Shown: piece after piece, positions 14,042-22,451 of the stretch
Numbering within the stretch: position 1 is the first letter of the stretch
Layout of the letters: every line of letters begins with the position of its first letter
NCBI GenBank assembly: GCA_937903325.1
Contig: CALCZR010000003.1
Location: 3,898-67,897, forward strand
Direction: 5' to 3'
DNA: 64,000 nucleotides
From: an uncultured Candidatus Saccharibacteria bacterium
GTDB lineage: Bacteria; Patescibacteriota; Saccharimonadia; Saccharimonadales; AWTP1-31
Notes under the pieces: generated by a model
The model's input: only the letters and a program-made list of their open reading frames with translations
The model's database searches: none
Told to the model about the DNA's origin: nothing
Translations under genes and position numbers: made by a program

Positions 14042-15457
14042 ATGGTTGTACTCCGGGATCTGGCGATGCCAGTGGGGAAGATTGCTACTTTAAGGAAACT
14101 AATGCCCGACTATATTGAAGTTACCGAATCCGGCGACTATAAGAAACAGTATCCACCTCAACCTCGTAAGACAGGTTACTATGAGCGTGATGTTGAAGGT
14201 AACGAAACCACCAAGACCCAGCAGTGGGAAGACGATAAGGAAGAAGAGTCAGTGACTAATAATGAGATCGAGCTTGCTTCGGCGCAGCGAGAGAATCTAC
14301 AGGGTCTTGCAAGGGTTCTAGTGCCCGCAACTAAGACTCCCAAGCGACACCTACAGTTCACCGATGAGGAAGACCCTTTCAATCTTCTCGATGTTGCTGA
14401 TACCTACGAGCTTCAGGTTGCACGGCTTTTCAATGCCTGCGAGGCTTTCGTCAGTATCATTCTGAACCGTGATGGTAACAAGCCTCTGGTGAAGCAGTAC
14501 AATGCTCGTCAGCCTATTGCGATTGATCAGAAGATCACTGAAGTCTATACTTTCGTGCTTGTTCGTACGATGGTTGGTGAGAACGTCCAGTTTGCTTTCC
14601 GCCGCAAGGGTGATAAGATCAATGCGACTGGCTTTAATCTTGTTCAGGGCCACGATGGTCATATCGTGCTGAAGAACAGTGGTGATACTGCTGTCGAGAA
14701 CGACGAGAAGTACTATGATCTTATTCATCGTGCCAAGGGTCTACTCGGTGAGTTTATGACCGCTGCAGGTACTGATCCTGATGTACTTGCTACTATGACG
14801 CCGAAGGCTATTCCTGGCAAGGTCAGTGTTCCTAATCCGGTGAAGAACGCTGCAAGTAAGGGAGGTAAGCTCTCCAAGGCGTATTTTTTTCCTCGGGGAA
14901 AAGGCGAAATTCAGCGTGACCGACACGGTGATCCTATTGGACGTATCCAAGGTGAGCGCAAGTTCTCCAGGGGACGTGCTCTAGCTATTCCCGTACTTAT
15001 CTTCAGTCTTTGGGGCACGACTGCTGTTGCTGACAACTTTGTCTTCAATTCTAGTGAGCGTTCCCGAGAGGTTTTCGACCAGGCCGGTCATTCTCTTCCC
15101 GATGTGAAGAGTTTCAGTGCTGATGGTGAAGAGCATAAGTTCCAACTTGCTTCTGTCAGTCGTGATATTGCAGCGTGGTCGCCGCGAGTTGAACTGAGTG
15201 ATTCTACCCAGAATCTCAAGGGTGTTCGTGCTCTGACTTCTGCTGGTACTGCTATTGATCTTGGAGAGAATGCCTGTGAGACAAGCTTTGTTGATCTTGG
15301 TAAGGACACGAAGCTGAAGGCTGTTACCGATAGTGATCTTATTGCTAAGAACCTGAATGTCACGATGACCAAGGTTGGTTCTGATACGAAGCTTGAAGTT
15401 TGTACGACTGGCCCTATTGGTGATACCCATAATCATGTTTGGCTGGAGGCAGTCTGA
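14042..15457 (+). CDS. hypothetical protein (about 471 aa)
   Basis: Long ORF. First in-frame ATG after the upstream stop is taken as start; the track start 13889 overlaps the phosphoesterase by 137 nt. No motif recognised. Confidence 0.6.
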   Translation: MVVLRDLAMPVGKIATLRKLMPDYIEVTESGDYKKQYPPQPRKTGYYERDVEGNETTKTQQWEDDKEEESVTNNEIELASAQRENLQGLARVLVPATKTPKRHLQFTDEEDPFNLLDVADTYELQVARLFNACEAFVSIILNRDGNKPLVKQYNARQPIAIDQKITEVYTFVLVRTMVGENVQFAFRRKGDKINATGFNLVQGHDGHIVLKNSGDTAVENDEKYYDLIHRAKGLLGEFMTAAGTDPDVLATMTPKAIPGKVSVPNPVKNAASKGGKLSKAYFFPRGKGEIQRDRHGDPIGRIQGERKFSRGRALAIPVLIFSLWGTTAVADNFVFNSSERSREVFDQAGHSLPDVKSFSADGEEHKFQLASVSRDIAAWSPRVELSDSTQNLKGVRALTSAGTAIDLGENACETSFVDLGKDTKLKAVTDSDLIAKNLNVTMTKVGSDTKLEVCTTGPIGDTHNHVWLEAV

Positions 15458-15672
15458 TGCCGACTTATGAAGCTGACTGTGAGACTATGAATTCTGCTTA
15501 TCATTGTAACGGTAGTCTAGTTGTAAAGGCTGACTCTGAAGATGATGCACGAGTGCTTTTCAATGAGTACCTTGATTCTCAAGGATTTCCTCGCCTAGAG
15601 GATCAAGAATCTAGAGTGACGAAACTGGTCAAGGAAATTGTGTACGCCTATCCTGATTCGGGGTGTTGTTAA
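15457..15672 (+). CDS. hypothetical protein (71 aa)
   Basis: TGATG junction at 15455-15459. Confidence 0.5.
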   Translation: MPTYEADCETMNSAYHCNGSLVVKADSEDDARVLFNEYLDSQGFPRLEDQESRVTKLVKEIVYAYPDSGCC

Positions 15673-15854
15673 TGACAGAAGAAAACATTCTATCACAGCA
15701 ACGAGAGTTCCTAGAGAAGTTTATCGAAGATAACTCTCCACGTCCAGGGCCAAATTACTACAGCTTCAATCAGCATCGAGTTATCGCTGAATCAGGACCT
15801 ATGGTATATTTGGTTAATCTAGCTAAGAAACGATTGGAAGAACTAGGTGCATAA
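15672..15854 (+). CDS. hypothetical protein (60 aa)
   Basis: TAATG junction at 15670-15674. Confidence 0.5.
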   Translation: MTEENILSQQREFLEKFIEDNSPRPGPNYYSFNQHRVIAESGPMVYLVNLAKKRLEELGA

Positions 15855-16077
15855 TTCTTTCGCACAGTGGCAACAGGAGGTCAGTCATGAACTATATGTT
15901 ACTGAAGGCTTTCTTCTTGAAGAACTACCAGATTTTCACTGGTGGATCTTTTTTAACAACGGTATGTCGCCTGCGGAAGCGGTGCGCAGATATAATCGAT
16001 GGGAGGAACCAGATGAAAACTCTACAGCAAGTTCATTGTCCACATTGCGAGAAGGAGCAGATGCGATCTTGTCGTGA
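15847..16077 (+). CDS. hypothetical protein (76 aa)
   Basis: GTG start overlapping the previous stop. Protein-like sequence (ELPDFHWWIFFNNGMSPAEAVRRYNRW). 65-nt overlap with the next gene. Confidence 0.45.
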   Translation: MHNSFAQWQQEVSHELYVTEGFLLEELPDFHWWIFFNNGMSPAEAVRRYNRWEEPDENSTASSLSTLREGADAILS

Positions 16078-16339
16078 CATGGTTGTTTTCAGTGTAAAGA
16101 TACATTGGTGGGTTGAAGTTCAATGTATCGGTTGCGGGGGCTGGATCAGTTCTAGTGTCTTGTACAAGTACGGTCTACAGCTTATCCGATACGGTGCCGA
16201 GTATCGTCAGGTTACAATGCCAGTTGAGAAGCTGAATTGTACCGGCCCTATTACTGAAGGTTATGTATCTGATTGGGAATGGGAAGCCGATGACGATATG
16301 AGATATGTCGCAGTACTAGAAAGTGAAAAGTATGATTAA
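16013..16339 (+). CDS. hypothetical zinc-ribbon protein (108 aa)
   Basis: GGGAGG-N5-ATG 16013; CPHC...CIGCGG. The track ORF begins at 15887, which also has an AGGAGG SD. Confidence 0.55.
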   Translation: MKTLQQVHCPHCEKEQMRSCRDMVVFSVKIHWWVEVQCIGCGGWISSSVLYKYGLQLIRYGAEYRQVTMPVEKLNCTGPITEGYVSDWEWEADDDMRYVAVLESEKYD

Positions 16340-16775
16340 AGTAGGAGCAAAGCTCTCGGATTTCGACCGAGGTAAAGTTCCGTCAGGTACTATTGTAACG
16401 TGGCAATCAGAGTTCGGAAACTCTGAGCGTCGTATTGCTATCGTTCGAGAGGACTACACCGAGGGGGAAGAGAAGATTTTTTCAGATAAAGAAAAAAATG
16501 GTGAAGTGCTCGGTTATCTACCAGCCTTTACTGTTGTGTATCTTCCACCAGAGTTGCCTAGAGTTGGGGAGAAAATTAAGCTAGGTCAACTACTTAATCT
16601 CCCGCCTGGTTCCCTAGCAGCCAATAATTATTGGCGATACTGGTCCCTGGAAGATGGCCATTGTATCGAACAAAGCATCATTGACGGGCGCACTTCTGGT
16701 TCGTACAACAGAACTAAATGGCATATGTCAGAATATGCAAATGAAACCCTTACACTAATTTACATCAATAACTAA
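16332..16775 (+). CDS. 'KxG / LPxGS' family protein (147 aa)
   Basis: IKVGAKLSDFDRGKVPSGTIV and VGEKIKLGQLLNLPPGSLA modules. Confidence 0.55.
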   Translation: MIKVGAKLSDFDRGKVPSGTIVTWQSEFGNSERRIAIVREDYTEGEEKIFSDKEKNGEVLGYLPAFTVVYLPPELPRVGEKIKLGQLLNLPPGSLAANNYWRYWSLEDGHCIEQSIIDGRTSGSYNRTKWHMSEYANETLTLIYINN

Positions 16776-16789
16776 CAAAGGAAATAACA

Positions 16790-17215
16790 ATGAATAATAC
16801 ACAGCTTACGTTTACTAAGTACATTACTGACCCTGCTCGAACCCGAGTTCCCCAGATGATGGAGGATCTTACTGGTCGAGGTTTCTTCCAGACTGCAACT
16901 GACAAGACTTCCGAGGAGATTCTTGTCAAGTACCTGGATGAGAACCCTCGTGCTTTCTGTCAGGAAGGTATTGAGCGTGCCCGCAAGGCTAATAACATCG
17001 TGCCTAAGCCTGTCTGGAAGGCTCGTACCGAGAAGGAAGAGGGTAGCAAGGTTACTGCTAAGGACTTTGCGAACATTCCTGTCGGCTCAGGTGTTGAGGC
17101 TAAGGGCAAAAATCACATGATCCTGAAGGACGGTAAGATTGCTTCGCAGGTTGATGGCAGTCACCCTGACTATGCTTCTACTGAGACTTTCGAGATTGTC
17201 TATTTGGCGGACTGA
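16790..17215 (+). CDS. 'LPxGS' family protein (141 aa)
   Basis: AAAGGAAATAACA-ATG; YLDENPRAFCQEGIERARK plus FANIPVGSGVEAKG. Confidence 0.6.
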   Translation: MNNTQLTFTKYITDPARTRVPQMMEDLTGRGFFQTATDKTSEEILVKYLDENPRAFCQEGIERARKANNIVPKPVWKARTEKEEGSKVTAKDFANIPVGSGVEAKGKNHMILKDGKIASQVDGSHPDYASTETFEIVYLAD

Positions 17216-17883
17216 TGGTAGCCGAAGCTAAGCCAAAGGTAGGGACTTATCATAACGGTGTAGGTCATCTGTGTCAGCACAAGGGGCTTGTCATTCGTGC
17301 TTTTGATGGCGTGCGATATCGTGCAATAGGTAAATCTTGGTCGTCGCTTGGCGAAGTCGGTGACACATTTCCTTTAAGTAAAGGGGAATATATTATTGAA
17401 AGTGTTCCGTGGAATGAAGAGCCTGAGTACACTTTCAATAAGGTTCAGCGTCAGATCCTGAAGTGGGTGCGTGAACTAGATTCTACAATAAATACTGGCA
17501 CTATGATGGGACAGCTTACCCAGTATCGTGTCTTTCATAAGAGTCAAACAGATGCAGATATTCGAGAGGGTTTCCGTAACGCTTTCTATTCTATGTTTGT
17601 AACTTGGTCTGAGAAGGACAAGGCTAAGGCCCAGAAGATCATCAATGGAGGTAAGAAGCCTGCGAGGGAGGGGGGCCTGCATAAGATCGGTGATGTTCTG
17701 AATCGAGATCAGCTTAAGGAGCTTCCTGCTGGTTCTATCGTAGATTTAGTCTCTAGACCGGATAGTACTGACGTTCGTCGTCTTGTAAGAGAGGACGGTC
17801 GCCTACAAAGGACAACGGGCTCGTGGACTTTCAGTCAGTATAATGATTCATATAGATTTGTGGTGAAGTACATTCATCAGTGA
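17215..17883 (+). CDS. 'LPxGS' family protein (222 aa)
   Basis: TGATG junction; IGDVLNRDQLKELPAGSIVDL module. Confidence 0.6.
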   Translation: MVAEAKPKVGTYHNGVGHLCQHKGLVIRAFDGVRYRAIGKSWSSLGEVGDTFPLSKGEYIIESVPWNEEPEYTFNKVQRQILKWVRELDSTINTGTMMGQLTQYRVFHKSQTDADIREGFRNAFYSMFVTWSEKDKAKAQKIINGGKKPAREGGLHKIGDVLNRDQLKELPAGSIVDLVSRPDSTDVRRLVREDGRLQRTTGSWTFSQYNDSYRFVVKYIHQ

Positions 17884-17985
17884 GAATCTAGCCGAGGGGG
17901 ATGGACTACCCAGCCGATGGTTCTAACATTGGCGTTCCGATTTCGATTATCGGTCTCGGCTCTACAAATTAACCTAGGAGAAAAT

Positions 17986-18420
17986 ATGCTAGTAACAGGT
18001 AAGCGATATAATTATGATGAAGTAGACTCTGCCCCTGCAGGATCTATTGGCCTAGTTTACTATAGCGGTGAGCGTAAGCCAGAGTTTGATTTCATCATTA
18101 AGGATGATGGTAATATTATCCCCAAGAATTATCCTCATGAATGTAATTATACAGTTAAAAGTTATTTTTTCAGGGAATACAATATTGAATTTGCTTATAT
18201 CCCTGAGCAGCCTTTTGTGCCGACTCTTGGACCGATTGATGTTAAGAATATCAACAAGCTACCAGTAGGTGCAATTCTGAAGTGGACATACGGGTCCACT
18301 AAGATGCGCTGGGTCCGTGAAGAGAATTGCAAGTGGCTTAACCTTCAAGATCAAGATACCCTCTATGAAAATTGGAAGTGGGACCAGTCAGGCGAATATA
18401 CAGTTATTGATCTGCCATGA
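17986..18420 (+). CDS. 'LPxGS' family protein (144 aa)
   Basis: AGGAGAAAAT-ATG 17986; VDSAPAGSIGLVY and NINKLPVGAILKW. Confidence 0.55.
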   Translation: MLVTGKRYNYDEVDSAPAGSIGLVYYSGERKPEFDFIIKDDGNIIPKNYPHECNYTVKSYFFREYNIEFAYIPEQPFVPTLGPIDVKNINKLPVGAILKWTYGSTKMRWVREENCKWLNLQDQDTLYENWKWDQSGEYTVIDLP

Positions 18421-18623
18421 TTGCTCTAGTACTTGGATGGGTCATCATCTTTCTTGCCACGAGACATTATCTGGCAGAGATTTTGAGCCGTGCAGAACAG
18501 TGGCGTAACCTAGGATTTGTTGAGCGTGAAGCTCTAGCAGTAACGGCCGGGATCTTCTGGCCTGTGCTGCTTGTTTTTCTACTAGTCTATGGGGTACAGT
18601 ATGCCCTAGAAATGAGAAAGTAA
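18417..18623 (+). CDS. small membrane protein (2 TM)
   Basis: ATGA overlap; MIALVLGWVIIFLA and AGIFWPVLLVFLLVYGV. Confidence 0.55.
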   Translation: MIALVLGWVIIFLATRHYLAEILSRAEQWRNLGFVEREALAVTAGIFWPVLLVFLLVYGVQYALEMRK

Positions 18624-19012
18624 TGGAAATCGGCGACGTTGTTAATATTGGCTCTGGTTATAATGGTGAACTAAAAATTGGAGACACTTTTGTAATTAGT
18701 GCTATTGAGAATCCTTCACTTGGTCATTGCGAAATGCGGCTTACTAATCGTAAGCCTGAACCCGTTGTTCTTAGTGAAGGCAGCCGTTTTACTGATCCGA
18801 ATTACTTTCTGCGGATTCCAGAAGGAACAGTTATTGATCGTGATGGTATTCGGTGTTATCTTGGCGATTATAACGGTTATGATGCGCTGATCGCTGTCGT
18901 GTCGATCCAAGATACAAATAATGTCTGGTACGTATCTAACGAGCGTAAAGATAATGTGACCTATACTGTGAGGCTTCTACCGCCCGGTGTTGATGAGGTC
19001 AAGATTCCGTGA
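18623..19012 (+). CDS. hypothetical protein, possibly same modular family (129 aa)
   Basis: MEIGDVVNIGSGYNGELKIGDTFVI, RIPEGTVIDRDG. Confidence 0.55.
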   Translation: MEIGDVVNIGSGYNGELKIGDTFVISAIENPSLGHCEMRLTNRKPEPVVLSEGSRFTDPNYFLRIPEGTVIDRDGIRCYLGDYNGYDALIAVVSIQDTNNVWYVSNERKDNVTYTVRLLPPGVDEVKIP

Positions 19013-19695
19013 AGTACAAGAATTCTCGACACCAAGACATCTGCGTCTCAATTATCCTCGGATCTTTTCTGACAGCGCTCTCGTACGTCACTGCGGCATT
19101 ATTCCATTGGATTGATCACGTTGACTGGCTAGAAGCCTTTGCAGTGTTCACCAGTTACTCTTGCACATATCTTTGTGTCAAGCAGCGACGAGTGAACTAC
19201 ATCATTGGCGCTCTAAGCACCCTAGCGTTCTCTCTGCTGTTCTATCGGGCCGATCTGCTAGCAAGTGCCCTACTGAACCTTTATCTGACCCCACAGCTTC
19301 TCTACGGCTGGATCAGATGGAACCGTGATGAGATCACTAGGCCAGTAACAAATGTCACCTGGAAGTCAGTGCCAGCCTATCTTGTAGTTACTGGTCTGTT
19401 CTGGTTCGGTGCATATAATCTTGTGAAGCTCTTTGATGGTCAGATGGCCGGATGGGATACAGCTATTCTTATCGGCAGTATTCTTGCACAGTTTCTTCTA
19501 GATAACAAGAAGCTTCAGACATGGATCGTATGGGCAGTGGTGAACGTCATTGCTATCATTCTCTACGCTAAGAATGGTCTACAGATTACTGCTTTTCAGT
19601 ACGTCTTTTTTCTGCTATCAGCTACATGGGGTTACAGATCATGGAGTAGATCTACCAATGGCACACATCTTTCTGCTACGACATCAGGTTTCTGA
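19009..19695 (+). CDS. pnuC: nicotinamide riboside transporter PnuC
   Basis: Multi-TM protein whose YxxxxxGWxxW-type segment (LYLTPQLLYGWIRW) and overall hydrophobic pattern fit PnuC; sits directly upstream of a NadR homologue. Confidence 0.75.
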   Translation: MKYKNSRHQDICVSIILGSFLTALSYVTAALFHWIDHVDWLEAFAVFTSYSCTYLCVKQRRVNYIIGALSTLAFSLLFYRADLLASALLNLYLTPQLLYGWIRWNRDEITRPVTNVTWKSVPAYLVVTGLFWFGAYNLVKLFDGQMAGWDTAILIGSILAQFLLDNKKLQTWIVWAVVNVIAIILYAKNGLQITAFQYVFFLLSATWGYRSWSRSTNGTHLSATTSGF

Positions 19696-19825
19696 CTCAA
19701 AGAAAACACACTGTCCTCAAGGACATGAATATAATGAACAAAATACTTATATAGACAAAATCGGTCGCAGACATTGTAGACCATGTGCACTAATAAGATA
19801 TCATAAAAACAAAGGAAATAAATAA
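19658..19825 (+). CDS. small zinc-ribbon protein (CPxGHxY...CRxC motif)
   Basis: HCPQGHEYNEQNTYIDKIGRRHCRPCALIRY. Only in-frame start is ATG 19658, overlapping the pnuC 3' end. TAATG junction with nadR. Confidence 0.45.
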   Translation: MAHIFLLRHQVSDSKKTHCPQGHEYNEQNTYIDKIGRRHCRPCALIRYHKNKGNK

Positions 19826-21705
19826 TGTCGCTTACATGGGTGTTGATGACGTGCTTGCCGCCAACTAAAGGCCATGCTGATATTGTAAAGTTTGCTGAAT
19901 CACTCGGGAATACACATGTAAGAATTCTGCTGTGTACACAACCTGACGAACCAATGACCTCTGAGCGACGAAGGGCTGTAATGGATCTCACAGTGTCATC
20001 ATACTACACACAGATACTTTACTATGATAGCCCTATCCAACAGGTTCCTAAAGATGATAAGGATACTGCTTTTTGGCAAACGTGGAGACGTATTCTGCAA
20101 AATAAAGGTTTCCGTGAAGGCGATACTATTGTAGCTTCTGATTCATACGGCAAGAAACTTGCTGAAGTGATGAACGCCCAGTTTATGCCGTATGACCCTG
20201 ATCGTTCAATGCGACCAGGTTGTGCAACGGATGTAAGGAAAGATCCGCTCAAGAATTTCTCTTACATTCTACCATCATTTCAGGGCTTTCTTCGTAAGAA
20301 GATTACGATTTTCGGTGCAGAATCCTGCCTAGATGCAGACACTTTTATTAATTTTGAAAAGCGCACAAAGAAAGGTCGCCGTCAAAATTCTAAGGGTGGG
20401 TCCATCGAAACTCTTTGGTACAATTTTCATAACAAATTGCAACCAGGGTCGGGTAGATATCTCCGACCTCAAACACTTGAATCTGAGTACTTCGCACCCT
20501 GTATGAACGATGAGGGTCGCATCTTTATGAACCAGATTACCGATGTGGTCGACACTGGGTTGAAAAATTGTTTTACAGTGACTACATCGCTAGGATATGA
20601 AATTACGGGAACGGCAGATCATAAATTTCACTCGGCCGGACAGTATGTTTGTCTAAGTGATCTCGATGTTGGTGATGAAGTTTCCATCCACAATGGAACT
20701 CGCTACGAGTGTGATGGCAGAGCAGACAACAATAAGTATGATGGCAGACTAGAGATTACACTAGAACCTATTCATCCTAAGGCTGGCCTTAAAACTGTCA
20801 CTGAAAATGGCATCGAGTACCGATACTCTCGAATTCGTAGGAATAGAGCCGTATACGAAGCTCATATGAATGGGCTAACCTTAGAAGAATATAGAGCAAA
20901 ATTTAAAAATCATGATATTGCAGGAATGATTTTTCTGGATACAGAAGATCACATTCATCACCTAGATGAAAATCCCCTGAATGATGACATCAATAATCTA
21001 GAATTGATCTCTGCATCAGAACACGGTAGGCTCCATGCCCTAGAACGTCATAACAATTTACGGTTTACAGTGGTTACGGATAAAATTACAAAAATTCAAG
21101 CTGTAGGTGAGCGTCATACTTACGATATCAAAATGTTAACACCATATCATAACTATGTAGCTGACAAATTTGTTGTTCATAACTGCGGTAAAACCACTTT
21201 GGCAAATGCACTAGCTACCGCACTAGACGGCATTGCTATTCCAGAGTATGCTAGACCTTATCTCGAAATGGTTGGCTCGGATATCACTGTAGCCAAGATG
21301 AAAAGTATTCATCGAGGTCAGAAAGTTCTCCAGAAGCAAGCCACGGATCTAGCGCTGGACAAGCCTTTCATCTTTCAAGATACTGACCTGTTCAGTACTC
21401 TAGGTTACTGGCATCTCTGGAACGATGGCCCTGAAGATCTGAGCCTGATGTCTGACGCAAGGTCTAGTAAATCAGACCTCTACATCGTCTGTCCAAGTAA
21501 TATTCCTTTCGAACAAGATCCGCTGCGTTATGGTGGCAAGGTTCGTGAAAGTACAGATGACTATTGGATCAATCTGTGTAAGAATTTCGACCTTAACTAC
21601 AAGGTTTTGACAACGAAGTCCAAAAAGGGTAGACTAGAAGAAGCGACGAAACTCGCTGTTGATCTGTTTAATCCGAGTCAGCTAGCATATGAAAGAGTAA
21701 AATGA
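19825..21705 (+). CDS. nadR: NadR-like NMN adenylyltransferase / ribosylnicotinamide kinase, interrupted by an intein
   Basis: Collinear with E. coli NadR as recalled: PPTKGHADIV (HxGH-type), DVRKDPLKNFSYILP, ITIFGAES[286-aa insert]CGKTTLANAL (Walker A), FQDTDLFST. Confidence 0.8.
   Translation: MSLTWVLMTCLPPTKGHADIVKFAESLGNTHVRILLCTQPDEPMTSERRRAVMDLTVSSYYTQILYYDSPIQQVPKDDKDTAFWQTWRRILQNKGFREGDTIVASDSYGKKLAEVMNAQFMPYDPDRSMRPGCATDVRKDPLKNFSYILPSFQGFLRKKITIFGAESCLDADTFINFEKRTKKGRRQNSKGGSIETLWYNFHNKLQPGSGRYLRPQTLESEYFAPCMNDEGRIFMNQITDVVDTGLKNCFTVTTSLGYEITGTADHKFHSAGQYVCLSDLDVGDEVSIHNGTRYECDGRADNNKYDGRLEITLEPIHPKAGLKTVTENGIEYRYSRIRRNRAVYEAHMNGLTLEEYRAKFKNHDIAGMIFLDTEDHIHHLDENPLNDDINNLELISASEHGRLHALERHNNLRFTVVTDKITKIQAVGERHTYDIKMLTPYHNYVADKFVVHNCGKTTLANALATALDGIAIPEYARPYLEMVGSDITVAKMKSIHRGQKVLQKQATDLALDKPFIFQDTDLFSTLGYWHLWNDGPEDLSLMSDARSSKSDLYIVCPSNIPFEQDPLRYGGKVRESTDDYWINLCKNFDLNYKVLTTKSKKGRLEEATKLAVDLFNPSQLAYERVK
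20326..21183 (+). mobile_element. HNH-type intein (286 aa) inside the NadR P-loop
   Basis: Starts Cys (TGC 20326) CLDADTFINF. Block B GTADHKF. HNH core HIHHLDENPLNDDINNLELISASEHGRLH. Ends VVHN (AAC 21181-21183) followed by the +1 Cys of CGKTT. In frame, no stops. Confidence 0.85.
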
Positions 21706-22031
21706 GCTATTACGATAATGTCTATCATAGTCCAGAGAAATTTGGATTGACTTTGATTGATCAACTAGATCTTGCCGGAGGATATGAATACGATACAGTC
21801 CTAGTCTTTGAAAAGGAAGGTAAACTTTATTGGGCTCATGACTCAGGATGTTCCTGCCCTATTCCTTTCGAAGGTTATAGATCTATAGAAGATTTAGATA
21901 TTCTTGACTGGAAAGAGTTCGAGGCATTTGTAGATAATTGGTCAAACTGGGATAAAAGCTCTAGTGATGAAGCCGATAAGGCCGACTTGAAGCGAACCGT
22001 AATCAACAAGATGAAAGAACTAAACCTATGA
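21702..22031 (+). CDS. hypothetical protein (109 aa)
   Basis: ATGA overlap; HDSGCSCPIPFEGY motif. Confidence 0.6.
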   Translation: MSYYDNVYHSPEKFGLTLIDQLDLAGGYEYDTVLVFEKEGKLYWAHDSGCSCPIPFEGYRSIEDLDILDWKEFEAFVDNWSNWDKSSSDEADKADLKRTVINKMKELNL

Positions 22032-22219
22032 TTAGTGAGATTGAACTTATCCTCGATGAAATTGAGGCGCTTGGTCCTGATGACATTATCAGTGATAAGG
22101 CTGCAGGCTTTATTGTCTGGTACATGAACCAGCTGGGCGACCGGCCCAAGAATGACTATGAAACTCTGATGTACGATCACTGGGTGGATTACATGCTACA
22201 CCACGGCAGCACTGTCTAA
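22028..22219 (+). CDS. hypothetical protein (63 aa)
   Basis: ATGA overlap. Confidence 0.5.
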   Translation: MISEIELILDEIEALGPDDIISDKAAGFIVWYMNQLGDRPKNDYETLMYDHWVDYMLHHGSTV

Positions 22220-22244
22220 TTTAACAAAAGAAAAGGAAAATAAA

Positions 22245-22451
22245 ATGAAAGTTATTGGATTTATCATTGGAGTACTAGTAGCAGTTGCTCTTGGGGCAGC
22301 ATTCTGGGGATGGCTTGTTATGCTTGTCGCCGGTATTCTCTATAATGAGGGTATCACGGGTGCTCCGCTAGGGTTTTTCCCGGCATCTTTTGCAATTGGT
22401 TTTCTGCTCAGCATTCTTCTGGGCGGCAGTGCGAAGGCGAGTGCTAACTGA
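22245..22451 (+). CDS. small membrane protein (2 TM)
   Basis: AAAAGGAAAATAAA-ATG; VIGFIIGVLVAVALGAAFWGWLVMLVAGIL. Confidence 0.55.
   Translation: MKVIGFIIGVLVAVALGAAFWGWLVMLVAGILYNEGITGAPLGFFPASFAIGFLLSILLGGSAKASAN

Noticed and set aside
13441-15436. Long minus-strand track ORFs (13441-13977, 14179-14382, 14351-14728, 14741-14950, 14981-15436, 15088-15372)
   Set aside because: All lie antisense to the metallophosphoesterase gene (clear motifs on +) and the 471-aa + strand ORF. Their sequences are low-complexity (Ser/Leu/Arg-rich) and they break the uniform strand and overlap pattern.
19632-19991. Minus-strand ORF 19632-19991
   Set aside because: It is antisense to the pnuC 3' end, the Zn-ribbon ORF and the nadR start, and has no supporting motif.
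20326-21183. Treating the HNH region inside nadR as an independent free-standing endonuclease gene or as a gene fusion
   Set aside because: The frame is continuous and has no internal SD/start. The Cys1 / TxxH / HN+Cys splice-junction residues are present, and excision exactly restores a Walker-A loop. All of this argues for an intein.
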